Shown here: positions 17,739 to 27,430 of the stretch, piece after piece
How positions within the stretch are numbered: position 1 is the stretch's first letter
Layout of the letters: each line of letters starts with the position of its first letter
Assembly (NCBI GenBank): GCA_002689325.1
Contig: NZFP01000019.1
Location: 1-60,573 of the forward strand
DNA from: Rickettsiales bacterium
GTDB lineage: Bacteria; Pseudomonadota; Alphaproteobacteria; Methylaequorales; Methylaequoraceae
Length of the DNA: 60,573 nucleotides
Reading direction: 5' to 3'
Notes under the pieces: generated by a model
The model's input: only the letters and a program-made list of their open reading frames with translations
What the model was told of the DNA's origin: nothing
Databases searched by the model: none
Program-made: the position numbers and the translations under genes

Positions 17739-19196
17739 TTACTTAGCTTCTATCAGTAATGACAATTGAGAAGGATTGTCCCCTGATTTCTGATCAACTA
17801 GTTCTACCGGATAATCTCCACTAAAGTAGTGATCGGTAAACCTAGGTTTATTTTTATCTCTACCTTTTTGAAACCCAAGAGCTCTGTAAATTCCGTCAAG
17901 CGATATAAATTTAAGAGAATCGACTCCAATATAATCCCTTATTTCCTCAATTGTATATTTTGAGGCTAATAATTCTTTTTTAGTTGGGGTATCAATCCCA
18001 TAGAAACATGGGTATTTTACTGGTGGACTAGCTATTCGCATATGAATTTTTTTTACTCCAGAATTTCTCAACATTTCAACAATTTTAATCGACGTTGTTC
18101 CTCTTACAATGGAGTCGTCGATTAGTGCAATATTTTTATTCTGCAACGATGCAAAGTTAGGGTTGTGTTTTAGCTTAACAGCTAGGTGTCTTATGGAATT
18201 TGAGTCTTGAATAAATGTTCGACCAGTATAGTGGTTTCTTATAATTCCAAATTCAAATTTTTTTTCTATTTTTTCAGCAAAACCTAAAGCTGAGGCATTA
18301 CCTGAATCAGGGATGGGAATCACAATATCAACAAGTTCTTTGTCAGATAAATTTTCATTTGCTAATTGATGCCCAATTTTTTTTCTAACATCATAAACAT
18401 TTTTTCCTTCAAAAATACTATCTGGACGAGAAAAATATATATATTCGAATAAACAAGGTCTTAGTTCGGTATTTTTAAAAGGCTTGATTGATTTTATTTC
18501 ATTGTTTTGAATAATTAATATTTCGCCTGGTTCAACATCTCTTATTAATTTTGCACCGATTATATCAAGTCCGCAGCTCTCAGAACTAAGAACATATGAA
18601 TCACCTAATTTCCCTAAAACTAATGGCCTAATCCCAAAAGGGTCTCTGACGCCAATCAAGGAATTTTTTGTCATCAAAAGAAAAGAATAAGCACCATTAA
18701 TTGATTGAAGAGAATAAATAAGTCTATCTAAAAATTCACCTTTTGCTGTCGAAAGTAAATGAAGAACAACCTCAGTATCTGACGTTGACTGAAAAATGGC
18801 TCCACTATTTATAAGTTGCTTTTTTAATTTTTGTGTATTAGTAAGGTTTCCGTTATGAGCAATAGCCACACCACCAAAGTTAAGCTCAGAGAATAGTGGC
18901 TGTACATTTTTTAGTGCAGATTCACCTGTTGTTCCATATCTATTATGTCCAATGGAAATCTCCCCTTTCAGTTTATTAATTATATCTGATTGAGAAAAAA
19001 TTTCTGAAACTTGTCCCATTCCTCTGTGAGCAAAAAAGTTTTTGGTATCAGAGGTAACAATCCCACTAGAATCCTGTCCCCTATGTTGTAAAGCGTGTAA
19101 ACCTAAAACAGTTAAACTAGCAGCGTCTTTATGATTGTAAATACCGAAAACTGCGCATTCATCTTTTGGCTTTTTATTATGAAAAAAAAAATTCAT
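17739..19196 (-). CDS. purF: amidophosphoribosyltransferase PurF
   Basis: Catalytic CAVFGI N-terminus after a short propeptide, a glutamine amidotransferase class-II domain and a PRTase motif (IALIDDSIVRGTT). ATG 19196 is preferred over the track TTG 19214. Confidence 0.95.
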   Translation of the reverse strand: MNFFFHNKKPKDECAVFGIYNHKDAASLTVLGLHALQHRGQDSSGIVTSDTKNFFAHRGMGQVSEIFSQSDIINKLKGEISIGHNRYGTTGESALKNVQPLFSELNFGGVAIAHNGNLTNTQKLKKQLINSGAIFQSTSDTEVVLHLLSTAKGEFLDRLIYSLQSINGAYSFLLMTKNSLIGVRDPFGIRPLVLGKLGDSYVLSSESCGLDIIGAKLIRDVEPGEILIIQNNEIKSIKPFKNTELRPCLFEYIYFSRPDSIFEGKNVYDVRKKIGHQLANENLSDKELVDIVIPIPDSGNASALGFAEKIEKKFEFGIIRNHYTGRTFIQDSNSIRHLAVKLKHNPNFASLQNKNIALIDDSIVRGTTSIKIVEMLRNSGVKKIHMRIASPPVKYPCFYGIDTPTKKELLASKYTIEEIRDYIGVDSLKFISLDGIYRALGFQKGRDKNKPRFTDHYFSGDYPVELVDQKSGDNPSQLSLLIEAK

Positions 19197-19197
19197 T

Positions 19198-19845
19198 TTA
19201 TTCTGAGTTCTCAATTAGGTATTCAAGACTTTTTTTATCTGCTTCATTATAAATCTTTTTATCTTTATCAATCAACTTCTTAAGTTTGATTTGTGAATCA
19301 ATACTCTTCTCAAAGAGAACTTCTGACTTTTCATCAATTTCATTTCTTAAAGTTTTTGCAAATTCACTCTCTTCTTCTAGAAAGTTTATAATTTTTTCAT
19401 TAGTTATAAGTGTCACAAAGTTAAATTTTGATTTTTCAATCCATTCAAATTTGTTTCCTTTATAAAAAAAGTGGAATGAAAAAAAACACAAACAAACAAA
19501 TAAATATCCTCTTAAAATACCAAAAAAGAATCCGCCTGTCCTATCCACAAAACCAATCTGGCTTTTTTTTATCAAACTGGATATTTTTTTTGTCAAAAAT
19601 GAGAAAAGAATAAATATTATTAAAAAAGTTAACAGATATGAAACACCATTAGAGAAAAACAAATTATTTATAAATTTATTTATGAAGTTAGTGAATTTTC
19701 CACCAAAGTTATAGGATGCAAATAATGCAAGAATCCAATTAATCAAAGAGAGGGATTCATGAGAAAATCCCCTCAAAAATGAAAAAAAAGCAGACATAAT
19801 TATAAAAAATAGTATGAAAAAATCAAAGATTAGATAATTTTCCAA
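19198..19845 (-). CDS. cvpA: CvpA-family membrane protein
   Basis: N-terminal ...SAFFSFLRGFSHESLSLINW matches the CvpA N-terminus, and the cvpA-purF linkage is conserved. TTG start. The charged C-terminal tail is longer than in E. coli CvpA. Confidence 0.8.
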   Translation of the reverse strand: MENYLIFDFFILFFIIMSAFFSFLRGFSHESLSLINWILALFASYNFGGKFTNFINKFINNLFFSNGVSYLLTFLIIFILFSFLTKKISSLIKKSQIGFVDRTGGFFFGILRGYLFVCLCFFSFHFFYKGNKFEWIEKSKFNFVTLITNEKIINFLEEESEFAKTLRNEIDEKSEVLFEKSIDSQIKLKKLIDKDKKIYNEADKKSLEYLIENSE

Positions 19846-19860
19846 ATAAATACTCCAATA

Positions 19861-20574
19861 TTAATTAATTCCTTTAGTGAAATTGGTTAAGGATAAGTTT
19901 CCTTTTTTATTTATGTCTTTTGATTTACCATACCAGGAAATTTTTCCTTTTTTAATAAATGCTGTATAATCTGAAAATTCGTAAACACTTTCCATATCAT
20001 GTGTAACTGTAATTGTTGTAATTTTTTTTTTTTTCACAAGCCCTTTAATTAGCAAATTTATTTGTTTGCCTATTATTGGGTCAAGACCAGTGGTTGGTTC
20101 ATCAAGAATAAGTATTTCAGGGTTTTGAAGAATTGCCCTTGCCAACCCTATTCTTTTTTGTACTCCAATTGAAAGGTTGGATGGGAATTCCTGAAGAATT
20201 GACTTTGGAAGTGAAACTTCATCTAGAATCTCTGAAAAATTATCATTTTTGTTAGCAAACATTAAGTTCTCTTTTATAGTTAGACTATCAAAAAGCGCTG
20301 CATTCTGGAATAATATTCCAAATTTTGACATATACTTATTCATTTGAATAAATGATAATTTTTTGATATTGTCAATTTTATCAAAAGAGATTATTCCACT
20401 GTCAAAGGTTAATAACCCATCAATACACTTTGTAAGTACTGATTTACCTGACCCAGACTCCCCGATTATTGCTAGTGATTCAGATTCAAAAATTTTAAGG
20501 TCTAATTTATTTAATACAACTTTATCACCAAATTTCTTAGAGATTTTATTTATATTAATTTTTAACTTCCTCAT
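19861..20574 (-). CDS. mlaF: ABC transporter ATP-binding protein, MlaF-like
   Basis: Walker A GESGSGKS, signature LSIGVQKR, Walker B ILILDEPT. It has an ATGA overlap with the MlaE-like permease. Confidence 0.8.
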   Translation of the reverse strand: MRKLKININKISKKFGDKVVLNKLDLKIFESESLAIIGESGSGKSVLTKCIDGLLTFDSGIISFDKIDNIKKLSFIQMNKYMSKFGILFQNAALFDSLTIKENLMFANKNDNFSEILDEVSLPKSILQEFPSNLSIGVQKRIGLARAILQNPEILILDEPTTGLDPIIGKQINLLIKGLVKKKKITTITVTHDMESVYEFSDYTAFIKKGKISWYGKSKDINKKGNLSLTNFTKGIN

Positions 20575-21344
20575 AAGTCAAAAAAGAATGAGGTTAAAAT
20601 ATAGTTAGTTAATAATATTAGAATTGATGAAGAAACCACAGAGTATGTGGTTGATAAACCAACTCCTTGTGCTCCTCCCTTGGCATTATAGCCATGATAA
20701 CACCCCATTAATGAAATAATAAAACCAAACACACATGCTTTGACCAAACCTGAAAATACATCAAGAAACTGAACAAAATTATATGTATTTTGTAAATAAA
20801 CCACTGGATTGAAGTTTAAAACTTCTGTACAAATTAGGTATCCACCAAAAACTCCAATGATATCTCCAACAAAAACTAAAAAAGGTAACGAAACTATGCC
20901 AGCTAATATTCTTGGGATAAAAAGATAATTATAAGGGTTTGTAGATAAGGTCTTTAAAGCATCTATTTGTTCAGTTACTTTCATGGTTCCAATTTCTGCA
21001 GCAATAGCCGCTCCAGATCTTCCGGCAACCATCAGTCCTGCAAGCACAGGAGCGAGTTCCCTTGTAATGGATAGTACAACAACATTGGGAATAGCACTTT
21101 CAGCTGAAAATCTGGAAAAACCAGTGTAAGATTGAAGGGCTAAAACCATTCCTGTAAAAATAGAGGTTAATCCGACAACTGGTAATGAGTTGTATCCAAT
21201 CTTGATTAAATGTTGAATAAATATTTTTGGATAGAATTTATCGAGAAAGAAATATTTTAAGCAATCAAAAAAAAATAAAACTATTTCACCAACTGATGAG
21301 AATATTCCAAAAAATATTTTACCTATTTTTAAAACAAAATTCAT
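20571..21344 (-). CDS. mlaE: ABC transporter permease, MlaE-like
   Basis: 257-aa polytopic protein with the MlaE-type motif TRELAPVLAGLMVAGRSGAAIAAEIGTMKVTEQIDAL. Confidence 0.85.
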   Translation of the reverse strand: MNFVLKIGKIFFGIFSSVGEIVLFFFDCLKYFFLDKFYPKIFIQHLIKIGYNSLPVVGLTSIFTGMVLALQSYTGFSRFSAESAIPNVVVLSITRELAPVLAGLMVAGRSGAAIAAEIGTMKVTEQIDALKTLSTNPYNYLFIPRILAGIVSLPFLVFVGDIIGVFGGYLICTEVLNFNPVVYLQNTYNFVQFLDVFSGLVKACVFGFIISLMGCYHGYNAKGGAQGVGLSTTYSVVSSSILILLTNYILTSFFFDL

Positions 21345-21365
21345 AAAAATGAGAAAGTACTAAAT

Positions 21366-22466
21366 TTATATATTGTCAATATAAATTTTTTTGGCCCTAT
21401 TACCAATATTATTTAAAATTTCATATGGGATAGTTTTTGATTTTTTTGCAATAAAACTTAATAATACATTATTGCCAATTAACTCAACAAAATCACCAAC
21501 TTTAATTTCGTTCTGATTTAACCCTGAAATATCTATTATCATATAATCCATAGAAATTGAACCTATGATTGGAAGTTTTTTTTTAAAAAAAACATAAGAA
21601 ACATTACTAAGAGTTCGTGGATAGCCATCTGCATAACCAAAAGCAATTATAGCGATTCTTTTTTTTTGTTTAGACTGAAATGTTTGATTGTATCCATAAC
21701 TTTGCTCGAAATTATTAATAATTTTGATTTGCAAAACTTTAGCATATAACTCGACAACATTTTTGAATGGTTTGGTTTCTATTGTTCCAAAAACACAACC
21801 ACCAGTTCGAATTAAATCATACTCAATTTTATTTAAATTAATTATAGCGTGAGAGTTAGCAATACTATGTGTTGCATTAGGAAAGTTTTTTATAATTTTT
21901 TTAAATTTTAGATTTTGTTCATTATTGAATTTATTATGACTTTCATCAGCTGATGCGAGATGAGACATTACACAAAACACTTGTATTTTGAATTTTTTAC
22001 AATATTCAATTACAGGAACTGTTTCCTGTTCCTCGATACCTAGTCGATTAATTCCAGTATCAAAATGAAGAGTAATTTCAGGCCTAGAACCAAGGTTTTT
22101 TGATAATTCATTAAATTTTTTTAATTCATTTAAGGAATTGATTGTAGGAATTATTTTTTTATGAAAAATTTTTTTTATGTCATTTTTTTTAAGATTAATT
22201 AACCCATTTAATAAAATAATGTTTGATTTGCTACATTCTTTTCGAACTTTTAGAGTTTCCTCTAAGTTTGTCAAAAAAAAATCGCTACATCCGATTTTGA
22301 CAAGTTTTTTTGTTACGTTAATTAACCCTAAGCCATATGCATCGGATTTAAGAACACATCCAATTCTAGAATTTTTTAAACTATTTTTTAAATAATTGTA
22401 ATTATCACTTAAAAAAGTCAAATTGACTTTTAATAAAGCATTTTCATTAATTATAGTTTGATTCAT
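21366..22466 (-). CDS. alr: alanine racemase
   Basis: PLP-lysine motif VLKSDAYGLG with a length and C-terminal beta domain typical of Alr. Confidence 0.88.
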   Translation of the reverse strand: MNQTIINENALLKVNLTFLSDNYNYLKNSLKNSRIGCVLKSDAYGLGLINVTKKLVKIGCSDFFLTNLEETLKVRKECSKSNIILLNGLINLKKNDIKKIFHKKIIPTINSLNELKKFNELSKNLGSRPEITLHFDTGINRLGIEEQETVPVIEYCKKFKIQVFCVMSHLASADESHNKFNNEQNLKFKKIIKNFPNATHSIANSHAIINLNKIEYDLIRTGGCVFGTIETKPFKNVVELYAKVLQIKIINNFEQSYGYNQTFQSKQKKRIAIIAFGYADGYPRTLSNVSYVFFKKKLPIIGSISMDYMIIDISGLNQNEIKVGDFVELIGNNVLLSFIAKKSKTIPYEILNNIGNRAKKIYIDNI

Positions 22467-22474
22467 TATTGAAT

Positions 22475-23938
22475 TTAGTCAACTGATGATTCAGCTAAAT
22501 CAGAAAATTTAGTATTAGAGGCGTTGAAGTGTAGTTTTACTCTTGAGATTGGACCATGTCTATTTTTTGCAACAATTATTTCGGCTATATTGTGAATTTT
22601 CTCCATTTTATCAGTCCATGTTATATGTTTTTCAGTACCCTCAGGTGGTTCTGTTCTAGCTAAGTAATATTCTTCTCTATATAGGAAAACTACTAAATCT
22701 GCATCTTGTTCAATCGAACCAGATTCCCTTAAATCTGCAAGTTGTGGTCGTTTTTCTTCCCTATCTTCTACTTTTCTTGATAATTGCGAAAGGGCAATAA
22801 CAGGTATGTTAAATTCCTTAGCTATTGCTTTTAATCCTCTTGTAATTTCAGATATTTCTTTTACGCGATTATCATTTGAATTTCTACTTTCACTATTTAT
22901 TAGCTGCAAGTAATCTATTATAACTAAATCAAGTCCACTTTTTCTCATAAGTCTTCTGGACCTTGATCTTATTGCTGATAATGTAAGTGCAGGCGAATCA
23001 TCGATAAAAAGAGAGAGATTCTTAATTTTTTCACTATTTTTTAGTAAGTTTTCAAAATCCATCTTGGAAATATTCCCCGTTCGTATTTTTTCTGAGGGTA
23101 TTTTTGACATTTCAGATAAAAGTCGTGTAGCAAGTTGTTCCGAAGACATTTCTAATGAAAAAAATAAAACATTATTTTTCTTTTTTAAGTTTAGTTTGTC
23201 CATACAAATATTTGATGCAATATTTGTAGCAAATGCTGTTTTACCCATTGATGGTCTACCAGCGATTATTATTAAGTCGGATTTATGAAGACCACCAATT
23301 TTCTTATCCAAATCACTTAGAGCAGTTTTAAGAACAGCAACATCTGAGCTCTTTTTAAAAGCTTTTTCAGCATAGTCCAAAGTATCTGACAGAACTTCAT
23401 CAAAAATCTTTGGACCTTTTTGTTTCTCACCATCACTAGTTAAATTAAAAAGATCTAATTCAACTTTTTCTATTATTGAATTAGAATCTTCATCTTGAAA
23501 GTCTGTGTAAGACTTATTTACCAGATCTGTACCTACATCAATTAATTCTCTTCTTAAATAAAGATCATAAATAAGTTCACCATATTGCTTTGCATTAATA
23601 ATACTCACAGAGTTTTCAGCAATTTCAAGAAGATATCTCATACCACCATTGGTCAGAAAGTCATCATTATTTTCTAGAAAAACTTTAATAGTATTTAAGT
23701 CGGCAACCTGATTGTTGGTAATAAGTCTCTTAAGAGTATCAAAAATAATAGAATTAATTCTACTTGAAAAGTGCTTTGATTCTAAAAAATCTTCAACTTT
23801 TTCAAGTGCTAGGTTATTTGAAATAATGGCACCCAGTAATGATTGCTCTGCACCAATATTGAGTGGTATCTCTCTTGAAATATTTTTATTAGATTCAGTA
23901 ATAACATTTTTTAATTTTGTGTTTTGATCACTAACCAT
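22475..23938 (-). CDS. dnaB: replicative DNA helicase DnaB
   Basis: N-terminal IPLNIGAEQSLLGAII motif, Walker A GRPSMGKTAFA and the RecA-like C-terminal domain (IALSQLSR...RESGSIEQDAD). Confidence 0.96.
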   Translation of the reverse strand: MVSDQNTKLKNVITESNKNISREIPLNIGAEQSLLGAIISNNLALEKVEDFLESKHFSSRINSIIFDTLKRLITNNQVADLNTIKVFLENNDDFLTNGGMRYLLEIAENSVSIINAKQYGELIYDLYLRRELIDVGTDLVNKSYTDFQDEDSNSIIEKVELDLFNLTSDGEKQKGPKIFDEVLSDTLDYAEKAFKKSSDVAVLKTALSDLDKKIGGLHKSDLIIIAGRPSMGKTAFATNIASNICMDKLNLKKKNNVLFFSLEMSSEQLATRLLSEMSKIPSEKIRTGNISKMDFENLLKNSEKIKNLSLFIDDSPALTLSAIRSRSRRLMRKSGLDLVIIDYLQLINSESRNSNDNRVKEISEITRGLKAIAKEFNIPVIALSQLSRKVEDREEKRPQLADLRESGSIEQDADLVVFLYREEYYLARTEPPEGTEKHITWTDKMEKIHNIAEIIVAKNRHGPISRVKLHFNASNTKFSDLAESSVD

Positions 23939-24014
23939 AGGAATATAGTATCAAAAAAATTTTAGTAAGCATTAATTTTCTAGCTGTGAATTAAGTGGAA
24001 AACGTGTAAAACTT

Positions 24015-24971
24015 TTAAAGGTTTGTTAAAAGGAGTTTTAATAAGTAAAAAAAATAAAAAGTTATAAAAACCCATGAGAACTTTTTATTTAATTCTTTTT
24101 TAAAATAAAGAATTAGGGAAAAACCGACTACACAAAAAAATAGAAAAATAACTTCAAAAAATAAGACTTCTTTTGGAAAGCTAAAGGCTTCAAAAAAAGA
24201 AACAAAGCCAAGAATAAGTAGTAGATTATAGATGTTAGATCCAAAAATATTTCCAATTATTAATTCAGACATATTTTTTTGTGCTGCTCTGACTGATGTA
24301 ATAATTTCTGGTAAAGAGGTGCCTAGAGCAACAAAAGTCAAAGCAAGAAAAGAATCGGAAATTCCAAAGTAATCAGAAATATCAATTACAGAGTCTACGG
24401 TAAATTCTGCTCCAAAAAAGGTTAGTATGATTGAAACAATTATAGTGGGTAATCCAATAATTAATGGTTTGTTATAAACTATTTTTGTTAAAAAGTCGCT
24501 TGTTTCTAGTTGATTTTCACTATTTGACAATGAATTATTAAATGATTTGTAGATATAAAAAGTAAAAAGTATTAGAAAAACTATTCCTATTTTGTAGTCA
24601 AAGATCAATAACCAAACTATAAGAAGAAAAATAATATGGATAAATAAATGGAAAATATTATCAAATCTTGAAATTTTTCGTAAGTTTATTTTTGATATTA
24701 AAAGTGCTGAGCCTAAAACTAAAAGAATGTTTGATATATTTGAACCAAGAACGTTTCCAATGGAAAGTTCAGGTGATTTCTTAATTATAGCATCAATTGA
24801 GACTAAAAGTTCAGGAAGTGATGTTCCAAAACCAATTACAACTAGGCCAATAAAAAAGTCAGAAACTCCATATTTTTTTCCAATTGCAACGGCACTTGAT
24901 ATCAAAATATCAGCACCTTTAACAACAAGAAATAGACCTATTGATAATAATAGAAAGTTTAATGTTAACAT
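24015..24971 (-). CDS. Ca2+/Na+ antiporter, CaCA family (YrbG-like)
   Basis: Two alpha-repeat motifs (GTSLPELLVS and GTSLPEIITS) in a ~10-TM protein. Confidence 0.8.
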   Translation of the reverse strand: MLTLNFLLLSIGLFLVVKGADILISSAVAIGKKYGVSDFFIGLVVIGFGTSLPELLVSIDAIIKKSPELSIGNVLGSNISNILLVLGSALLISKINLRKISRFDNIFHLFIHIIFLLIVWLLIFDYKIGIVFLILFTFYIYKSFNNSLSNSENQLETSDFLTKIVYNKPLIIGLPTIIVSIILTFFGAEFTVDSVIDISDYFGISDSFLALTFVALGTSLPEIITSVRAAQKNMSELIIGNIFGSNIYNLLLILGFVSFFEAFSFPKEVLFFEVIFLFFCVVGFSLILYFKKELNKKFSWVFITFYFFYLLKLLLTNL

Positions 24972-25014
24972 GAGAGCGAGTAAGAGGTTCTAAAAATTTT
25001 AAAAGAATAAAGAA

Positions 25015-25773
25015 TTATTCTTTTTCTTTCTTTTTTGTTACTTTTTTCTCTTCTGATTTATTTGTTTCTTTCTGATCGGACTGACTGTCATTATTGACTT
25101 CATTTTCAGACGAATCTTTTTTAAAAGTTTTTAAGTTTTGATTTTTTTCATCATCTTTTGAAGTATCGCTATTAATTTTATCTTTAGCAATAGGTGTTTT
25201 ACTCTTTTGATCTTCATTTTCCGAGGAACCACTTAATTCATTTTTTTTACTTGTTATTTTTTCTGATTTTGAATCTTCGACTTTCTTTTTTGGTTTTTCA
25301 AATTCATCTTTTTGTTTTTTTGCATTCTCCTCTGAAGTTGCAACATTAATTTTTAAGTTACATCCAACTTCTGGGTGAAGTCTTATATTAATTTCATAAA
25401 TACCAATTTTCTTTATGGCGTCATGAAAATTAACATTCGAAGGCTTTATGCTTATTTTTTTTTCAGTGAAGTAGTTAGAAACATCTTTAGGTGATACAGA
25501 ACCGTATAATTGACCATTGTCACTTGCATTTCTAATAAAGATTACTTCTAATTTAGAAATTTTTTGTACAGTTAATTTGGCGTCTTCGATTATTTTTATA
25601 TTTTTTTCTACTAAGTCTTTTTTTATTTTCGAGAAATATTCTTTATTTTCGTCATTTGCACGCAAGGCTTTTTTTTGGGGAATAAGGTAATTTCTGGCAT
25701 AGCCATCTTTTACAGTAACAAGATCACCAATGCCGCCCAGCTTGTTTAAACTTTCTAAAAGTATGACATCCAT
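25015..25773 (-). CDS. rplI: 50S ribosomal protein L9 with a long charged C-terminal extension
   Basis: MDVILLESLNKLGGIGDLVTVKDGYARNYLIP is the canonical L9 N-terminus. About 100 extra K/E/S/D-rich residues follow the normal ~150-aa body. Confidence 0.9.
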   Translation of the reverse strand: MDVILLESLNKLGGIGDLVTVKDGYARNYLIPQKKALRANDENKEYFSKIKKDLVEKNIKIIEDAKLTVQKISKLEVIFIRNASDNGQLYGSVSPKDVSNYFTEKKISIKPSNVNFHDAIKKIGIYEINIRLHPEVGCNLKINVATSEENAKKQKDEFEKPKKKVEDSKSEKITSKKNELSGSSENEDQKSKTPIAKDKINSDTSKDDEKNQNLKTFKKDSSENEVNNDSQSDQKETNKSEEKKVTKKKEKE

Positions 25774-25778
25774 TTTAT

Positions 25779-26723
25779 TTATTCCGAAACTTTAGTAATA
25801 ATTCTTTTTAAACTTATATAATATCCACTAAGAAATATAAATAAAAATAGAACATAACCTAAAAAAATAAAAAGTAAAAAGATAATTAAACTTTTTAAAA
25901 AAATATTTAGATCCAACGAATCTAAAAACTGGTATGAATAAATCAAACCTTGATAAAAAACTAAAAAACTTAATACTATTACTGTACTAAAAAAATAAAA
26001 TTTCATATCATTGGTTAAAAAAATTGAGAAAAAAATTAAAATGTTAAAAATTAGGAAAATTTTTGGTGGTAAAAAGAACTTACTGAACTCAATGGAATAA
26101 TTTCTTGTGAAATTTATTTTTTTTAAAATAATATTTGTTAGAAAAAAGTTAATAATAATAAATGTCATTAAAACAAAAGCATTCAAAGATGGTATTACTT
26201 TAATCAAAAAATTAATTCCTTCCTCACTAATTATGTTTTCTTGTATATTTGAATTTTGAATAATTTTAGAAAAAAGTTGAGATATAAAGTCTCTCAGTTC
26301 TTGATGATCAATTTGGTAGTAATAAAAGAAATTAAAAATTAAAAGGACTGACAAAACAAAAAGGTTAAAAAAAATTATTACTTTTTCATTATTTATTGAG
26401 TTTTTTTTACATAAATCTAAAAGTCTAAAAAGTAAAAAAACTAGGATTGAGTTGGCGATATAATTTAGAAAAAACCTAAGAGTAAATTTTAAATCAAAAA
26501 AAATAAAATCATTAATATAAAAAAAAAAAAAACAAATGTTAGTAATAATAATCGAGGAAAAAAAAATTCTACTAGAAATAATTTGTCCAGCAAAAATTAG
26601 AGGAATTGAACATAAAATTGGAAATAAGTTTGGTGATAGTCTTAAAAGGAGTGATTCAGACGATAAGATTAAAATTAATGAATAAAGGAGAACGATTAAG
26701 TTCTTATCCTTTGTTAAAAACAT
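25779..26723 (-). CDS. polytopic membrane protein (DUF2232-like by position between rpsR and rplI)
   Basis: Highly hydrophobic multi-TM ORF. ATG 26723 overlaps the rpsR TGA by 1 nt. The family call rests on position only. Confidence 0.4.
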   Translation of the reverse strand: MFLTKDKNLIVLLYSLILILSSESLLLRLSPNLFPILCSIPLIFAGQIISSRIFFSSIIITNICFFFFYINDFIFFDLKFTLRFFLNYIANSILVFLLFRLLDLCKKNSINNEKVIIFFNLFVLSVLLIFNFFYYYQIDHQELRDFISQLFSKIIQNSNIQENIISEEGINFLIKVIPSLNAFVLMTFIIINFFLTNIILKKINFTRNYSIEFSKFFLPPKIFLIFNILIFFSIFLTNDMKFYFFSTVIVLSFLVFYQGLIYSYQFLDSLDLNIFLKSLIIFLLFIFLGYVLFLFIFLSGYYISLKRIITKVSE

Positions 26724-26968
26724 CAATTTGAGACGTACGGTAGTAACGCCAGAAACCTTGCCCTTTTGATGGCTAGGGTAAGTTTCTTCTGTTTTTTTGT
26801 TGACACTTGAGTTACTCTACTTGGAAGAATTTTACCTTTTTCTGTAGTGTATTTTTTTAAAATATTAATGCTTTTATAATCAATATTTGGAGCGTCTTTT
26901 CCGGATAATGGACATGACCTTTTGTATAATAATTTGGATGAAGTGTTATCGAATGCTTTGTTTTTCAT
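26723..26968 (-). CDS. rpsR: 30S ribosomal protein S18
   Basis: ...[49 protein letters not shown] is the S18 signature. Confidence 0.92.
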   Translation of the reverse strand: MKNKAFDNTSSKLLYKRSCPLSGKDAPNIDYKSINILKKYTTEKGKILPSRVTQVSTKKQKKLTLAIKRARFLALLPYVSN

Positions 26969-27302
26969 AACTATTTTCCTTTACATTGCTTTCATCTAGT
27001 TGAGATGGGTTCTTATCTACTGACTTAATTTTAAGATTAAAAAACCTTAAAAAGTCATCGTCTAGTTTTACCAAGTTGTCAAACTCATTCAACACCTTTG
27101 CATCGCACTCACTATTAATTAGATAATAATATCCTTTGGAATTTTTCTTAATTTTATAAGCAAGGGACCGAAGTCCCCAAGATTCAGTTTTTAGTATCTT
27201 TCCACCAGATTTATTTATTTTTTCTTTGAGTGAGTTAAATTTTGTTTCAGCTGATTTGGGAGTCATTTGACCGCTAAATATAAAAACACTTTCGTACAAC
27301 AT
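26946..27302 (-). CDS. rpsF: 30S ribosomal protein S6
   Basis: (M)[13 protein letters not shown]... is an S6-like N-terminus, and the gene lies upstream of rpsR. GTG start at 27302 preceded by AAGGA. Confidence 0.9.
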   Translation of the reverse strand: MLYESVFIFSGQMTPKSAETKFNSLKEKINKSGGKILKTESWGLRSLAYKIKKNSKGYYYLINSECDAKVLNEFDNLVKLDDDFLRFFNLKIKSVDKNPSQLDESNVKENSYEKQSIR

Positions 27303-27316
27303 ACATAATCCTTAAG

Positions 27317-27338
27317 GTTAAACTTGAAAAATCAAGTT
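27317..27338 (-). promoter_or_regulatory. 9-bp perfect hairpin/palindrome in the rpsF 5' leader
   Basis: TAAACTTGA-AAAA-TCAAGTTTA. On the rpsF (minus) strand the hairpin ends just 5' of the AAGGA Shine-Dalgarno. Confidence 0.3.
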
Positions 27339-27430
27339 TAGCTAATATTATTAGCAAGGTTAATTATTCAAGCTTATAACATTAATAAAATTGTTTGAAA
27401 AGTAACCAATTTTTTTTTTAATTAATTATT

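Noticed and set aside
19846-19860. Absence of an mlaD-like gene after mlaE-mlaF
   Set aside because: cvpA follows mlaF after 15 nt, so no MCE-domain gene is at this locus. Absence from one window says nothing about the genome, so I did not promote it to a finding.
23994-24002. DnaA-box-like TTTTCCACT (minus strand) upstream of dnaB
   Set aside because: It is a single 8/9 match to TTATCCACA with no clustered boxes or AT-rich unwinding-element arrangement. That is expected by chance and is not evidence for an origin or DnaA regulation.
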